A DNA stretch of 64,000 nucleotides, from the NCBI GenBank assembly GCA_035384565.1, contig DAOOIT010000016.1, positions 10,545 through 74,544 of the forward strand, given 5' to 3'. Position numbers and translations under genes: made by a program. This document shows positions 46,169 to 55,187 of this stretch, piece after piece (positions within the stretch are counted from its first letter, which is position 1; every line of letters begins with the position of its first letter). Below the pieces are notes generated by a model. The model had not been told where the DNA came from. It worked only from the letters and a program-made list of their open reading frames with translations, and did not search any database. The stretch is from Planctomycetota bacterium (GTDB taxonomy: Bacteria; Planctomycetota; PUPC01; DSUN01).

Positions 46169-47434
46169 ATGAAGCAACGGGTTCTTTCGCGCCGCGGCTG
46201 GCTGGCGCGGGCCGGGGCGGGCGCGGCAGCCTTGGCCGTGGTGAACCGCTCCGCCCTCGGCGGCGAGGGGCGCCGGGCGCCCAGCGATGTGCTCACCCGC
46301 GCCACCATCGGCATCGGCGGCGCGCTGGCGGGCACCGTGCGCCCCAACGAGCCGGGGAAGCCCCCCTTCATGCTCGCGGTGTGCGATGTGAATGAGTCTC
46401 GCTTGCAGGCAGCACTCAACAAGGCGGGCTCGCCGTGCGAGGGCTATGTGGACTTCCGCCGGGTGCTGGACCGCCAGGATATTGACGTGGTCTACATCGG
46501 CACGCCGCCGCACTGGCACGCGCTGATCTCGATCATGGCGATGCAGGCGGGGAAGGACGTGTTGTGCGAGAAGCCGATGACGCGGTTCATCGCGGAGGGC
46601 CGGGCCGTGGCGGAGACGGCCCGCCGCTACGGCCGGCTCTTCCAGATCGGCACCTACGGGCGCTTCGGCGTCGGGGGCAACGACCGCACCTACAAGGTCA
46701 TGGCCAGCGGCGCGATCAAGGAGAACGGCCCGGTCGTGCGCTTCACGCGCCCCCAGTACGACTGGAAGGTGAAGATGTGGAGCGGCCGCACGCATCTCGA
46801 GCCGCAGCCCGTGCCGAAGGGGTTCCACTACGACCTGTGGCTCGGCCCCTCCCCTTCCAAGCCCTACCACCCGCACCGCGTGCACGGGAGCTTCCGCGGC
46901 TACTGGGACTACGATGGCGGCGGCCTGGCCGACATGGGCGAGCACTACCTCGACGGGCCGCAGTGTCGCTACGCGAAGGACCACACCAGCCCGGTCGAGA
47001 TCGAGGCTTCGGCCCCCCGGCCCCAGCACGACGAGGCCGTGCAGATGTGGGGCTGGGTGACGCTGAAGTACGCCGACGGCACCACGTTCATCCTCGAGAG
47101 CGGCGAGTGGGGCGAGCCGTGCCCGCTCCAGGAGCGCGGCTTGCCGCCGCTGACAGACGAGCAGGAGAAGCTGGTGGCCGCCGTGCCTGACATGCCGCGC
47201 AAGTACGGCGCCGGCGAGGGCAGCTTCGAGGAGGCCGTGCGCCTGCGCGTCCAGTGCGCGGGCAACGCCGACGTGTCGCACCGCTGCGCCACCCTGCTGC
47301 ACCTGGCCAACATCGCCATCCGCCTCGGACGCAAGCTGCGCTACGACCCCGACAAGGAGCAGTTCATCGGCGACGACGAGGCGAACCGCCTGGTGAACGT
47401 GCCCATGAGGGCGCCGTGGCATTTGCCTGTGTGA
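46169..47434 (+). CDS. Gfo/Idh/MocA-family oxidoreductase with twin-arginine (Tat) signal
   Basis: MKQRVLSRRGWLARAGAGAAALAV is a Tat signal (SRRGWL). ..DIDVVYIGTPPHWHA.. is the Gfo/Idh/MocA Rossmann block. ATG at 46169 is 7 nt after GGAGG. The long antisense ORF 45812-47422 was rejected. Confidence 0.8.
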   Translation: MKQRVLSRRGWLARAGAGAAALAVVNRSALGGEGRRAPSDVLTRATIGIGGALAGTVRPNEPGKPPFMLAVCDVNESRLQAALNKAGSPCEGYVDFRRVLDRQDIDVVYIGTPPHWHALISIMAMQAGKDVLCEKPMTRFIAEGRAVAETARRYGRLFQIGTYGRFGVGGNDRTYKVMASGAIKENGPVVRFTRPQYDWKVKMWSGRTHLEPQPVPKGFHYDLWLGPSPSKPYHPHRVHGSFRGYWDYDGGGLADMGEHYLDGPQCRYAKDHTSPVEIEASAPRPQHDEAVQMWGWVTLKYADGTTFILESGEWGEPCPLQERGLPPLTDEQEKLVAAVPDMPRKYGAGEGSFEEAVRLRVQCAGNADVSHRCATLLHLANIAIRLGRKLRYDPDKEQFIGDDEANRLVNVPMRAPWHLPV

Positions 47435-47458
47435 GGTGAGCGGCCGAGGCAGGTCTTA

Positions 47459-47600
47459 CTACTCCGGCCGCCAACCAGTTTGCAGTGGCCGGGATCACGC
47501 TGCGTCGGCCAGGGCATCAAATGTTCCGCTTGCGGTGGTTTTCGACAAGCGAGACGCTTGTCGCAACGCGGAAGAATGCGAACTGATTCGCGGCCGTGGC
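47459..47600. repeat. Family-B double-hairpin repeat (ACTACTCCGGCCGCCAACC..CCGCTTGCGG..CGACAAGCGAGACGCTTGTCG)
   Basis: It shares the ACTACTCCGGCCGC leader and the CAAGCG/CGCTTG palindromes with 7147-7245 and 60037-60110. Confidence 0.6.
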
Positions 47601-47685
47601 AGTATCTGTCCCCATCGGTGCCATCGGTCCTATAGAACAGATAGGACGGATAGGGCCGATAGGACGCCAGAGAGGAGAGAAAGCA

Positions 47686-50310
47686 ATGGTCGTCAGCCGC
47701 ACGGGCGTCGTGTTGGGAGCACTCGTCTTCGGGCTGGGCCTTGCGGGCCTGGCCTCCGCCGCTGAGCCGCCCCAGGGCGTTGCCGCCCTCGTGGAGAAGC
47801 TGCCCTGCGACAAGCCGGAGGAGGCACAGGCCATCCTCCAGGAGATCCTCAAGGGGGCGCCCGACAGCCTCGTGGAGCTGACGAAGATGCTCAAGGCGCC
47901 CGGCCCGGACGACGACAGCAAGGCCCGCTTCGCCCTCCACGGCCTGGCGACCTGGGTGCAGCGCGCCGACGCGGAGGCCGAACGCGAGCTCTTCGCGGAG
48001 ACCGTCGCGAAGCAGCTCGACGCCGACCTGGCGCCCGCGGTCAAGGGCTTCCTCATCCGCCAGCTCCAGCTCGCGGGCAAAGCCGAGTCCATCGCGCCGC
48101 TCGGCAAGTTCCTCACCGACGCGGAGCTGGGCGAGTACGCCGCCCAGGCCCTTCTGGCGATGAACGACAAGGCGGTCGTCCCGGTCTTCCAGGAGGCGCT
48201 GCCCAAGGCGACCGGCCCATGCCGCGTGGCCATCCTCCAGGCCCTCGGCGTGCTGCGCGCCGCGAAGGGCAACAGCATCGCCCTCAACGCCTTGGGCGAC
48301 AAGGACCGCGAGACGCGTCTCGTGGCGGCGTTCGCTCTGGCGAACTCCGCTGACCCCTCGGCCGTGGCGCCGCTGCTCAAGGGCGCGGAGGCCGAGGAGC
48401 AGTACGAACGCAGCCAGATGACCGACGCAGCACTTCTCCTCGCCCGCCGCCTGGGCGAGACGGGCGAGAAGGCGGCCGGGGCGAAGCTGGCACGCCAGCT
48501 CCTCGCGGGCAAGGCCAGCGGCATCCACGTCCGCTGCGCGGCCCTCGTCGCCCTGGCGGCCGCGGCCGGCGAAGAGGCGATGGATGAGGTGCTGGCCGCG
48601 ATGGGCAGCGAGGACCTGGACATCCGGGCCAGCGGCATCTCCGCCGCCATCGCCATGCCCGGCGAGAAGGCCACCCAGCGCTGGGTCGGCCAGCTCAAGG
48701 CCGCCAAGCCGGCGGCCAAGGTCGCCATCCTCGACCTGTTGGCCAAGCGCGGCGACCCGGCCGCGTGCCCGGCCGTCATCGAGGCGATGGGCGACGCCGA
48801 CGAGGCGGTGCGCCTGGCCGCCATCCGCGCCGCCGCCACCGCCGGCACCGAGGCTGCCGTGCCGCCTCTGGCTGCGAAACTCGCGGGCGAGAGCGCCGCC
48901 GAGCGCTCCGCCGCGCAGGGCAGCCTCCTCCGCCTTCCCGGGGAAGCCGCCACCGCGGCCCTCGTGAAGCAGCTCGAGGCCGCCGCGCCCGACGCCAAGG
49001 CCCCGCTCTTCGACATCCTGGCCGGCCGCAAGGGCCGCGAGCACCTGAAGACCATCCTGGGCTACACGGCCGACGCGAATCCCAAGATCGCCGCCGCCGC
49101 CGTCGCCGCCCTCGGCAAGCTGGCAGACGAGAGCGACCTGCCGGCCCTCGGCAAGCTCCTCCTGGAGGCGAAGGACGACGCCGTGCGCTCCGCCGCCGAA
49201 CGCGGCCTCGCCTCCGCCTGCTCCCGCTTGGCCGACAAGGAGAAGGCCACGGTCGCCGTCGCCGCCGCACTCAAGGACACCCAGGGCGCCGCCCGCGCCG
49301 CCCTCCTGCGCGTCCTGGGCGGCCTCGGCACCCAGGGCGCCTGCGAGACCCTCCGCGCCAGCCTGAACGACCCCAGCGCCGACGTGAAGAACGCCGCGAT
49401 CCGGGCACTGGCCGACTGGCGCGACGACGCCCCGGCGGCCGACCTCCTCCAGGTCGCGAAGACCGCCACGGATGACGTCCACCACGTCCTCGCCCTGCGC
49501 GGCTACGTGCGCCTGATCGCCGTGCGCAAGGACCGGCCGGCCGACGAGCGCCTGAAGATGTGCCAGGAGGCCATGGCCGCTGCAAAACGCGATGACGAGC
49601 GGCGCGCCGTCCTCTCCGCCGTCGGCGACATTCCCACCGCCGAAGCGCTGACGATGGCGGAGGCCAGCCTCGGCAATGCCGCCCTCAAGAACGAGGCGGC
49701 CATTGCCGCCATCAAGATCGCGCGTGCCCTCAGCGGCGCCGACCGCGACGCCGCCAGGCAGGCCATCGGCAAGGCCGCCGCCGCGAGTGACAACCCCGAA
49801 GTCCAGAAGCAGGCCAAGGAGGCCGTCGCTTTCCTCGAACGCAACGAGGGCTTCATCACCGCCTGGCTCGCCAGCGGCCCCTACAAGGGCGCCAAGACCG
49901 CCACCGTCCATGAGCCCGAGAAGCCCGAGGCCAAGGACGTGAAGTGGAAGCTCGTGGCCGCCACGGGCGACCAGCCGGGCTTCGTGGACCTCAACAAGGA
50001 GCTGGGCGCGCCCGGCGATTGCGCCGGCTACCTCAAGTGCCAGGTCTACTCGCCCAAGGAACAGCCCGCCGTCATCGAAAGCGGCAGCGACGACGGCATG
50101 AAAATCTGGCTCAACGGCGCCGTGGTCATGGACAAGGACGTGCCGCGCTCCTTCAAGCTCAACGAGGACCAGACCAAGGTCACCCTCAAGGAGGGCTGGA
50201 ACCAGTTGCTCATCAAAGTCGTCAACGGCGGGGGCGGCTGGGAGGCCGCGGTGCGGCTGCGCGCGCCTGACGGCGGGGCGCTGCCCGGCCTCAAGCTCAA
50301 GGCGGAGTGA
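47686..50310 (+). CDS. secreted HEAT-repeat (PBS-lyase-like) protein with C-terminal PA14-like domain
   Basis: Signal peptide MVVSRTGVVLGALVFGLGLAGLASA (ATG at 47686 after GAGGAGAG). About 700 aa of alanine-rich HEAT-like repeats. The C-terminal ..DDGMKIWLNGAVVMD..WNQLLIKVVNGGGGW resembles PA14. The antisense 1182-aa ORF was rejected. Confidence 0.7.
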   Translation: MVVSRTGVVLGALVFGLGLAGLASAAEPPQGVAALVEKLPCDKPEEAQAILQEILKGAPDSLVELTKMLKAPGPDDDSKARFALHGLATWVQRADAEAERELFAETVAKQLDADLAPAVKGFLIRQLQLAGKAESIAPLGKFLTDAELGEYAAQALLAMNDKAVVPVFQEALPKATGPCRVAILQALGVLRAAKGNSIALNALGDKDRETRLVAAFALANSADPSAVAPLLKGAEAEEQYERSQMTDAALLLARRLGETGEKAAGAKLARQLLAGKASGIHVRCAALVALAAAAGEEAMDEVLAAMGSEDLDIRASGISAAIAMPGEKATQRWVGQLKAAKPAAKVAILDLLAKRGDPAACPAVIEAMGDADEAVRLAAIRAAATAGTEAAVPPLAAKLAGESAAERSAAQGSLLRLPGEAATAALVKQLEAAAPDAKAPLFDILAGRKGREHLKTILGYTADANPKIAAAAVAALGKLADESDLPALGKLLLEAKDDAVRSAAERGLASACSRLADKEKATVAVAAALKDTQGAARAALLRVLGGLGTQGACETLRASLNDPSADVKNAAIRALADWRDDAPAADLLQVAKTATDDVHHVLALRGYVRLIAVRKDRPADERLKMCQEAMAAAKRDDERRAVLSAVGDIPTAEALTMAEASLGNAALKNEAAIAAIKIARALSGADRDAARQAIGKAAAASDNPEVQKQAKEAVAFLERNEGFITAWLASGPYKGAKTATVHEPEKPEAKDVKWKLVAATGDQPGFVDLNKELGAPGDCAGYLKCQVYSPKEQPAVIESGSDDGMKIWLNGAVVMDKDVPRSFKLNEDQTKVTLKEGWNQLLIKVVNGGGGWEAAVRLRAPDGGALPGLKLKAE

Positions 50311-50347
50311 GCTGCCGGGCCGCGGCCCGCGATGAAGGGAGCCGACC

Positions 50348-53005
50348 GTGAGAACCCCCTCGAAGGTTGCGTGGGCGGGATGGGGCATGCTCTGCTCCCT
50401 CGCCCTGGCCGGCGAGCCGCCCCAGACCCTGTGGCAGACGACGCTGAAGGACCGCATCGGCCACGCCTGGTCGGGCGAACTCGTGCATTTCGATATCCCG
50501 ATCCGCCTCGCCGCCGACCCGGCCCACCACCGCCTGATCGTCGCCGAGGGCGACACCGCGGCCGAAATCCCGTTCCAGACCACCGTGTCGCCGGACAGGA
50601 AGCGCCAGCTCTGGTGCGTGGTGAACCTGTCGCCCTTCGCGGAGAAGACGCTGCGCCTCGAAGCGAGACCGGCCGCCACGGACATCACAACCCCAATGCC
50701 GGCCACCGAGGCCAAGGACCGCTGGCAGATCGAAAGCGGCGCGCTCCGCATCGAGGTGCCGCGAAGCATCGCCGACAGGACGGCCGAGAACGACGCCCCC
50801 CCTCCCCTCCTCCGCCTCCAGAACGCCGCGGGAAGCCCCTGGGTCGGCGCGGGCCGCTTCAAGGGCACGGGCGACCTCCTCTCCCTCAAGGCCGCCGTTC
50901 ACCGCGGCCCCGTGACCACCGAGGCCACGCTCCACTATGAGTTCGAGAAGGGCAAGTACGACGCCTGGCTCCGCCTCATCCGCGGCCAGCCCGAGGTCCT
51001 CTGGATGGAGCGCGGCGAGTTCCAGAGCAGCGATGCCTCGCTCGAATGGGACCTTGCAGGCTTCGAGCCTGGCACAGGCGTGTGGGACTACTATCGCACC
51101 CAGAGCGAATGGCGCAAGACCGCCCTCGGCGTCTCCAAAGCCTATCCCATCGAGGACGGGCAGGCCGAGACGACCACCTTCACGCCCTGGGTCCAGTGGT
51201 GGATGGACGACGTTTCGACATGGCTCGAGCTGTGGGACAAGGAGAAGGCCTGGGCCATAGGCATCTTCACGGGCGACCCGCTCGACTGGGGACCCGAGGA
51301 CCGTGAAGCCTATCGCGCCGCCGCCTTCCGTCTCGACCGCCAGGGCCGCCGGGCCAAGCTGCACCTGCCGCTGCGGAAGGGCACCCGCACCTGGGGCCTC
51401 TCGCTCGCGCCCCGCACCCCCGACGAGCGCATCGGCCCGAACACCACGGTAGGCCCCGCCGACACCGCCCGCCGCCAGATCAAGTACGCCGAGTCGCCCC
51501 TCGACGAGGTCAAAGACTATGTACTCACCGACGCCACGCCGCCCACGTCCTATCCCCTCTTCGCCATCACGAAGGCCGACCGCGAGCGGCTGCGCGGGGC
51601 GGCGCCGCAGGGCATCCCGTTCCTCCAGAAGCTTGCCGAAGCGGCCGAATGGGCGAGGAAGGCCAGGCCCATCGAGGATGCCGAGGGCTTCTGGCACCTG
51701 GGCGTGCCGCCCGACCAGCGTCCCTGGCCCGCGCTGCCGCCCAAGGACACCCTTGCCGCCGCCGCCCTCCTCGGCATCCCCTGGGCCGCCGAGAGCCACC
51801 TCCGCTGCATGGTCCTGCGCGAGAGCCTGGGCTGCGTCGAGAACATCCTGCGCCACGTGACCGGCCCCGGCATGGGCATCGCCCCGCACAACTGGATGTG
51901 CGGCGGCCCGTTGGCCTACTTGCCGCCGCTGGCCGACCTGGCCATGCCGCACCTGAGCAGCCGCGAGCGCGACGTGCTGTGCGCCCGCCTGCTGTTCCTT
52001 GCCTACAAGCTCGCCTCCGAGAGATACTGGGCGCCGCGTCTCGGCTTCTCGGCCAACCCGAACATGACGACGCTCGTCTACGCCGAGCTGGCCTTCCTGT
52101 CGTTCCTCTTCCCCAAGCACCCGATGGCCGCCGAGTGGCGCAAGGCGGGCGTGGGCGAGATGTTCCACGAGGTCGAAACATGGTCCGGCCCGAACGGCGG
52201 CTGGCTCGAGGCGCCCCATTACGCCACCGTAGCCCTCGACCACATCGTGGCCATCGGCTACGCGACGAAGAACCTCGGGCTCGGCGACAAGCTGCTCTAC
52301 CACGAGCGCCTCAAGAAGTCCATCGAGTGGCTCGCCAAGATCGCCACGCCGCCCGACCCGCGCTTCCACGGCCTCCGTCACTCGCCTCCCATCGGCAACA
52401 CCTGGCTCTACGAGACCACCTGCCTCCCCGGCTACATGGCCAAGGTCTGGCGCGACCGCGACCCTGCCTACGCCAACGCCATGCAATGGATGTGGGAGCA
52501 GCAGGGCCGCCCCCTCCACCCCGGCATCGGCGGCGCCTATCCCACCACCGACGGCTTCCGCGAGGCGCTCTTCAGCCCCTTCCCCTCGCTCGGGCCGCCC
52601 CAGTGGGGCAGCGAGCAGTTCCCCGGCAGCGGCGCCATCCTTCGCGCCCATTTCCCCGGCGACCGCGAGACCCAGCTCTACCTCATCCAGGGCAAGCTCC
52701 ACGACCACTACGACGACGACCAGGGCAGCTTCGAGCTCTGGGGCAAAGGCCGCCCGCTCCTGTGCGACTTCGGCTATAACGGCTATGACCCCGCCGAGCA
52801 CCACAACCGCATGGACATCAATGGCCCCGGCGACATCGTGGCCTTCGCCACCACGCCCGCCGCCGACTTCCTCCACAACCGGCAAGGCGCCTGGGACCGT
52901 CGCATCCTGTTCGTCAAGGACCCCGACCCCCTCGGCCCCAACTACGTCCTCATCCGCGACACCGTGGGCAAGGACGCCGCGCGCCCGGGCAACTGGCGCC
53001 TGTAG
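50348..53005 (+). CDS. secreted polysaccharide-lyase-like protein (heparinase II/III-like alpha/alpha-toroid, tentative), interrupted by an in-frame TAG at 53003-53005
   Basis: Signal peptide (GTG start, ..AWAGWGMLCSLALAGEP). 885 aa. The following ORF 53006-53533 is in the same frame, separated only by TAG. Confidence 0.6.
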   Translation: MRTPSKVAWAGWGMLCSLALAGEPPQTLWQTTLKDRIGHAWSGELVHFDIPIRLAADPAHHRLIVAEGDTAAEIPFQTTVSPDRKRQLWCVVNLSPFAEKTLRLEARPAATDITTPMPATEAKDRWQIESGALRIEVPRSIADRTAENDAPPPLLRLQNAAGSPWVGAGRFKGTGDLLSLKAAVHRGPVTTEATLHYEFEKGKYDAWLRLIRGQPEVLWMERGEFQSSDASLEWDLAGFEPGTGVWDYYRTQSEWRKTALGVSKAYPIEDGQAETTTFTPWVQWWMDDVSTWLELWDKEKAWAIGIFTGDPLDWGPEDREAYRAAAFRLDRQGRRAKLHLPLRKGTRTWGLSLAPRTPDERIGPNTTVGPADTARRQIKYAESPLDEVKDYVLTDATPPTSYPLFAITKADRERLRGAAPQGIPFLQKLAEAAEWARKARPIEDAEGFWHLGVPPDQRPWPALPPKDTLAAAALLGIPWAAESHLRCMVLRESLGCVENILRHVTGPGMGIAPHNWMCGGPLAYLPPLADLAMPHLSSRERDVLCARLLFLAYKLASERYWAPRLGFSANPNMTTLVYAELAFLSFLFPKHPMAAEWRKAGVGEMFHEVETWSGPNGGWLEAPHYATVALDHIVAIGYATKNLGLGDKLLYHERLKKSIEWLAKIATPPDPRFHGLRHSPPIGNTWLYETTCLPGYMAKVWRDRDPAYANAMQWMWEQQGRPLHPGIGGAYPTTDGFREALFSPFPSLGPPQWGSEQFPGSGAILRAHFPGDRETQLYLIQGKLHDHYDDDQGSFELWGKGRPLLCDFGYNGYDPAEHHNRMDINGPGDIVAFATTPAADFLHNRQGAWDRRILFVKDPDPLGPNYVLIRDTVGKDAARPGNWRL

Positions 53006-53533
53006 ATGAACGCCTCCGAGCCCCCCCAACTCGACCGCCAGGACGACACGACCGTGCGCGCCAGGGGCCGGCACGACGTGGACCTCGACCTCTGGTTCCC
53101 CCCGGCCGCGAAAGCCTTGTTGCCGCTGGACAAAGGGTCCCTCAAGACCGACTTCCTCTCCATCAAGACGCACAGCGCCGGCCCCCCCTCGACCGACCAG
53201 TATGGCCTGCACCTCGTGCTGGAGCCGGGCGCAAGCCTGCCCTTCATCCTCTACCCGCGCCTGCGCGACGAGAAGCCCCCGGCCCTCTTCGTCCACGGCA
53301 CGCCCGAGGCCATCGAGCTCGCCAGCCCGGCGGGCACGGACTACCTGTTCCTTTCGCCCGAGTCGCGCGAACTGCGCGTCGCCAACATCCGATTCAAGGG
53401 CACCGTCGGTGTCGTGCAGGCGCGCGGGAAGCAAGTCACGCTCACCCTCTGCGCACCGGGGGAATTGAGCTTCGGCCGCCTGGAACTGGCGGGCGAGAGG
53501 CCGGTCTCTCGGGCCTTTGCCCGACAGGATTGA
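53006..53533 (+). CDS. C-terminal beta-sandwich continuation of the 50348-53005 protein (same frame, begins at the codon after the TAG)
   Basis: ATG at 53006 directly abuts the TAG, and no Shine-Dalgarno of its own is apparent. Either a split/pseudogenised gene or a read-through. Confidence 0.4.
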   Translation: MNASEPPQLDRQDDTTVRARGRHDVDLDLWFPPAAKALLPLDKGSLKTDFLSIKTHSAGPPSTDQYGLHLVLEPGASLPFILYPRLRDEKPPALFVHGTPEAIELASPAGTDYLFLSPESRELRVANIRFKGTVGVVQARGKQVTLTLCAPGELSFGRLELAGERPVSRAFARQD

Positions 53534-53540
53534 AATGGCG

Positions 53541-53569
53541 TTGAAACCGGGCGGTCAGTCTGCTAGAAT
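53541..53569 (+). promoter_or_regulatory. sigma-70-like promoter: TTGAAA, 17 bp spacer, TAGAAT
   Basis: Near-consensus -35/-10 pair 29 bp upstream of the ATG at 53598. An AT-rich island in otherwise GC-rich DNA. Confidence 0.45.
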
Positions 53570-53597
53570 GCACGGAGACAGGGTGGAGACTTGACAG

Positions 53598-54305
53598 ATG
53601 CGTCTGACCCGATCTTCTTGGGTGTGCATCTTCATCGTCGTCGCATCGCGGCTCGGCCTCGCCGTTCCCATCACCCTGCTCGAGTACACTTTCCCCACGG
53701 CGGGCGGCGCGGGGGTCGAAGTCCACTCCTCGCTCAACCCAACCACCGTCGCCGTAGGCCTCAACCCGTCGTTCAACATGGCGATTCGAGACACGGCGGG
53801 CACCATCACCCTCGGCACCGAGAACCCCACGCCGAACTACGCCACGCAGCCTGTGCTGCGCGTGGACCCCGATGGCAATTCCAGTAGCCTGGCTCAGGCC
53901 ATTACGAACAACAAGTACTTCGTCTTCGCGCTGCAGCCCGACCTCAACTACGAGCTGGACCTGCTCCAGCTCGAGTTCCTCACTGCGCGCGGGGGCGCGG
54001 GCACGCCGCGCGGTTGGGGGCTGCGGTCGAGCGTTGACGGCTATGCCTCCACCATCGCGGGGGCGGACATCACAACCGTGCGCGCGACATGGTCGAGCGT
54101 CACGGTGCCCCTGCCCGCTTCGTACTTCGAGGGCATCACGGGCCCCGTCACGTTTCGCATGTACGTGTACTCGCCCGCGGACGGCTCGACCATCGAGTTC
54201 GACAACATCCGCCTCATCGGCGAGGCGACGCTACTGCCCGAGCCCGCCACCATGTCGCTCCTCGCCGTGGGGGCGCTGATCCTCGTTCGTCGCCGCCGCA
54301 AGTGA
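53598..54305 (+). CDS. secreted PEP-CTERM-anchored protein
   Basis: Signal peptide MRLTRSSWVCIFIVVASRLGLA. The C-terminus LPEPATMSLLAVGALILVRRRRK is PEP, then a TM helix, then an Arg-rich tail. Confidence 0.75.
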   Translation: MRLTRSSWVCIFIVVASRLGLAVPITLLEYTFPTAGGAGVEVHSSLNPTTVAVGLNPSFNMAIRDTAGTITLGTENPTPNYATQPVLRVDPDGNSSSLAQAITNNKYFVFALQPDLNYELDLLQLEFLTARGGAGTPRGWGLRSSVDGYASTIAGADITTVRATWSSVTVPLPASYFEGITGPVTFRMYVYSPADGSTIEFDNIRLIGEATLLPEPATMSLLAVGALILVRRRRK

Positions 54306-54403
54306 CCCTGGCCCGCGCCCGCGTCTCCCCCATTTCCCCCCGTTCCGAGCCCGTGGTATAATGCCGCCGTCGGCGGCCCCAGGACACTCCACGCGGAACA
54401 GCC

Positions 54404-55090
54404 ATGAAGAGCCGCTGGGCCATCTTCGCGAGCGCACTGGTCATCGGCCTCTCGGGCGCCATGATGCCCGGGCCGCTGCTCACGGCGAGCATCGGCTACA
54501 CGATGCAGCGCGGGTTCCTCGCGGGCGGACCGCTGCTGGTCCTCGGCCACGCCATCCTGGAGCTTGCGCTCGTGGTGCTAGTCCTCGCGGGCATCGGGCC
54601 GCTGCTGTCGCGGCCAAGGGTGGGCGCCGCCATCGGCCTCGTCGGAGGCGCCGTGCTCATCTGGATGGGCTACGGGATGATTTCCTCAGCCATGGGCGGG
54701 ATGCGGCTCGCTGCCGAGCCGCGCGCGGGCACACTGATGACCAGTCCCGTGCTCGCGGGAGCGCTCATCTCGCTTGCGAACCCCTACTGGTCGCTGTGGT
54801 GGGCGACGATTGGGCTGAAGTACATTGCTCTTTCGCGCGAAAGAGCCAACACCGGTGTCGTCGCATTCTACTGCGGCCATCAACTCTCGGACGTGGCCTG
54901 GTACTTCTTCGTCGCAGGCGCCGTGGCCCTGGGCCGCAAGGCCATCCCCGATGTGGTCTATCGCTGGGCCATCGGTGCCTGTGGCATCGTGCTCCTGGCC
55001 TTCGCCGCATACTTCATGGTCGGAGCGGTCCGCACCTTCGTTCGCGCGCGTCTCGCCCTCCCGAAGGTTCCAACACCTTCGGGAGGGTAA
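54404..55090 (+). CDS. LysE/RhtB-family amino-acid exporter
   Basis: 228 aa with six TM helices. The N-terminal ..GLSGAMMPGPLL.. is the LysE signature region. Confidence 0.8.
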   Translation: MKSRWAIFASALVIGLSGAMMPGPLLTASIGYTMQRGFLAGGPLLVLGHAILELALVVLVLAGIGPLLSRPRVGAAIGLVGGAVLIWMGYGMISSAMGGMRLAAEPRAGTLMTSPVLAGALISLANPYWSLWWATIGLKYIALSRERANTGVVAFYCGHQLSDVAWYFFVAGAVALGRKAIPDVVYRWAIGACGIVLLAFAAYFMVGAVRTFVRARLALPKVPTPSGG

Positions 55091-55157
55091 TCCGGCCGCG
55101 CCCTGGCCGGGGCGACGTGACGTTACCCTCCCGCAGGTACTGGAACCTGCGGGAGGG
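55056..55157 (+). terminator. two consecutive GC-rich hairpins (CCCTCCCGAAGG-TTCCAACA-CCTTCGGGAGGG and CCCTCCCGCAGG-TACTGGAA-CCTGCGGGAGGG) at the 3' end of the LysE gene
   Basis: 12-bp stems seen directly. The first overlaps the stop codon. Both belong to the GGTTCCAAC-loop hairpin family. Confidence 0.4.
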
Positions 55158-55187
55158 AGCGGACTCTCAACTGAAAGGGGAAACCGA

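Noticed and set aside
45812-47422. 536-aa ORF on the minus strand
   Set aside because: It is antisense to the well-supported Gfo/Idh/MocA gene (46169-47434). The translation is low-complexity (R/A/G/H/V-rich) with no recognisable domain. It is a GC-rich open-frame artefact.
47341-50889. 1182-aa ORF on the minus strand
   Set aside because: It is antisense to the HEAT/PA14 gene (47686-50310), which has a signal peptide, a Shine-Dalgarno and coherent repeats. The antisense translation is G/A/R-rich junk.
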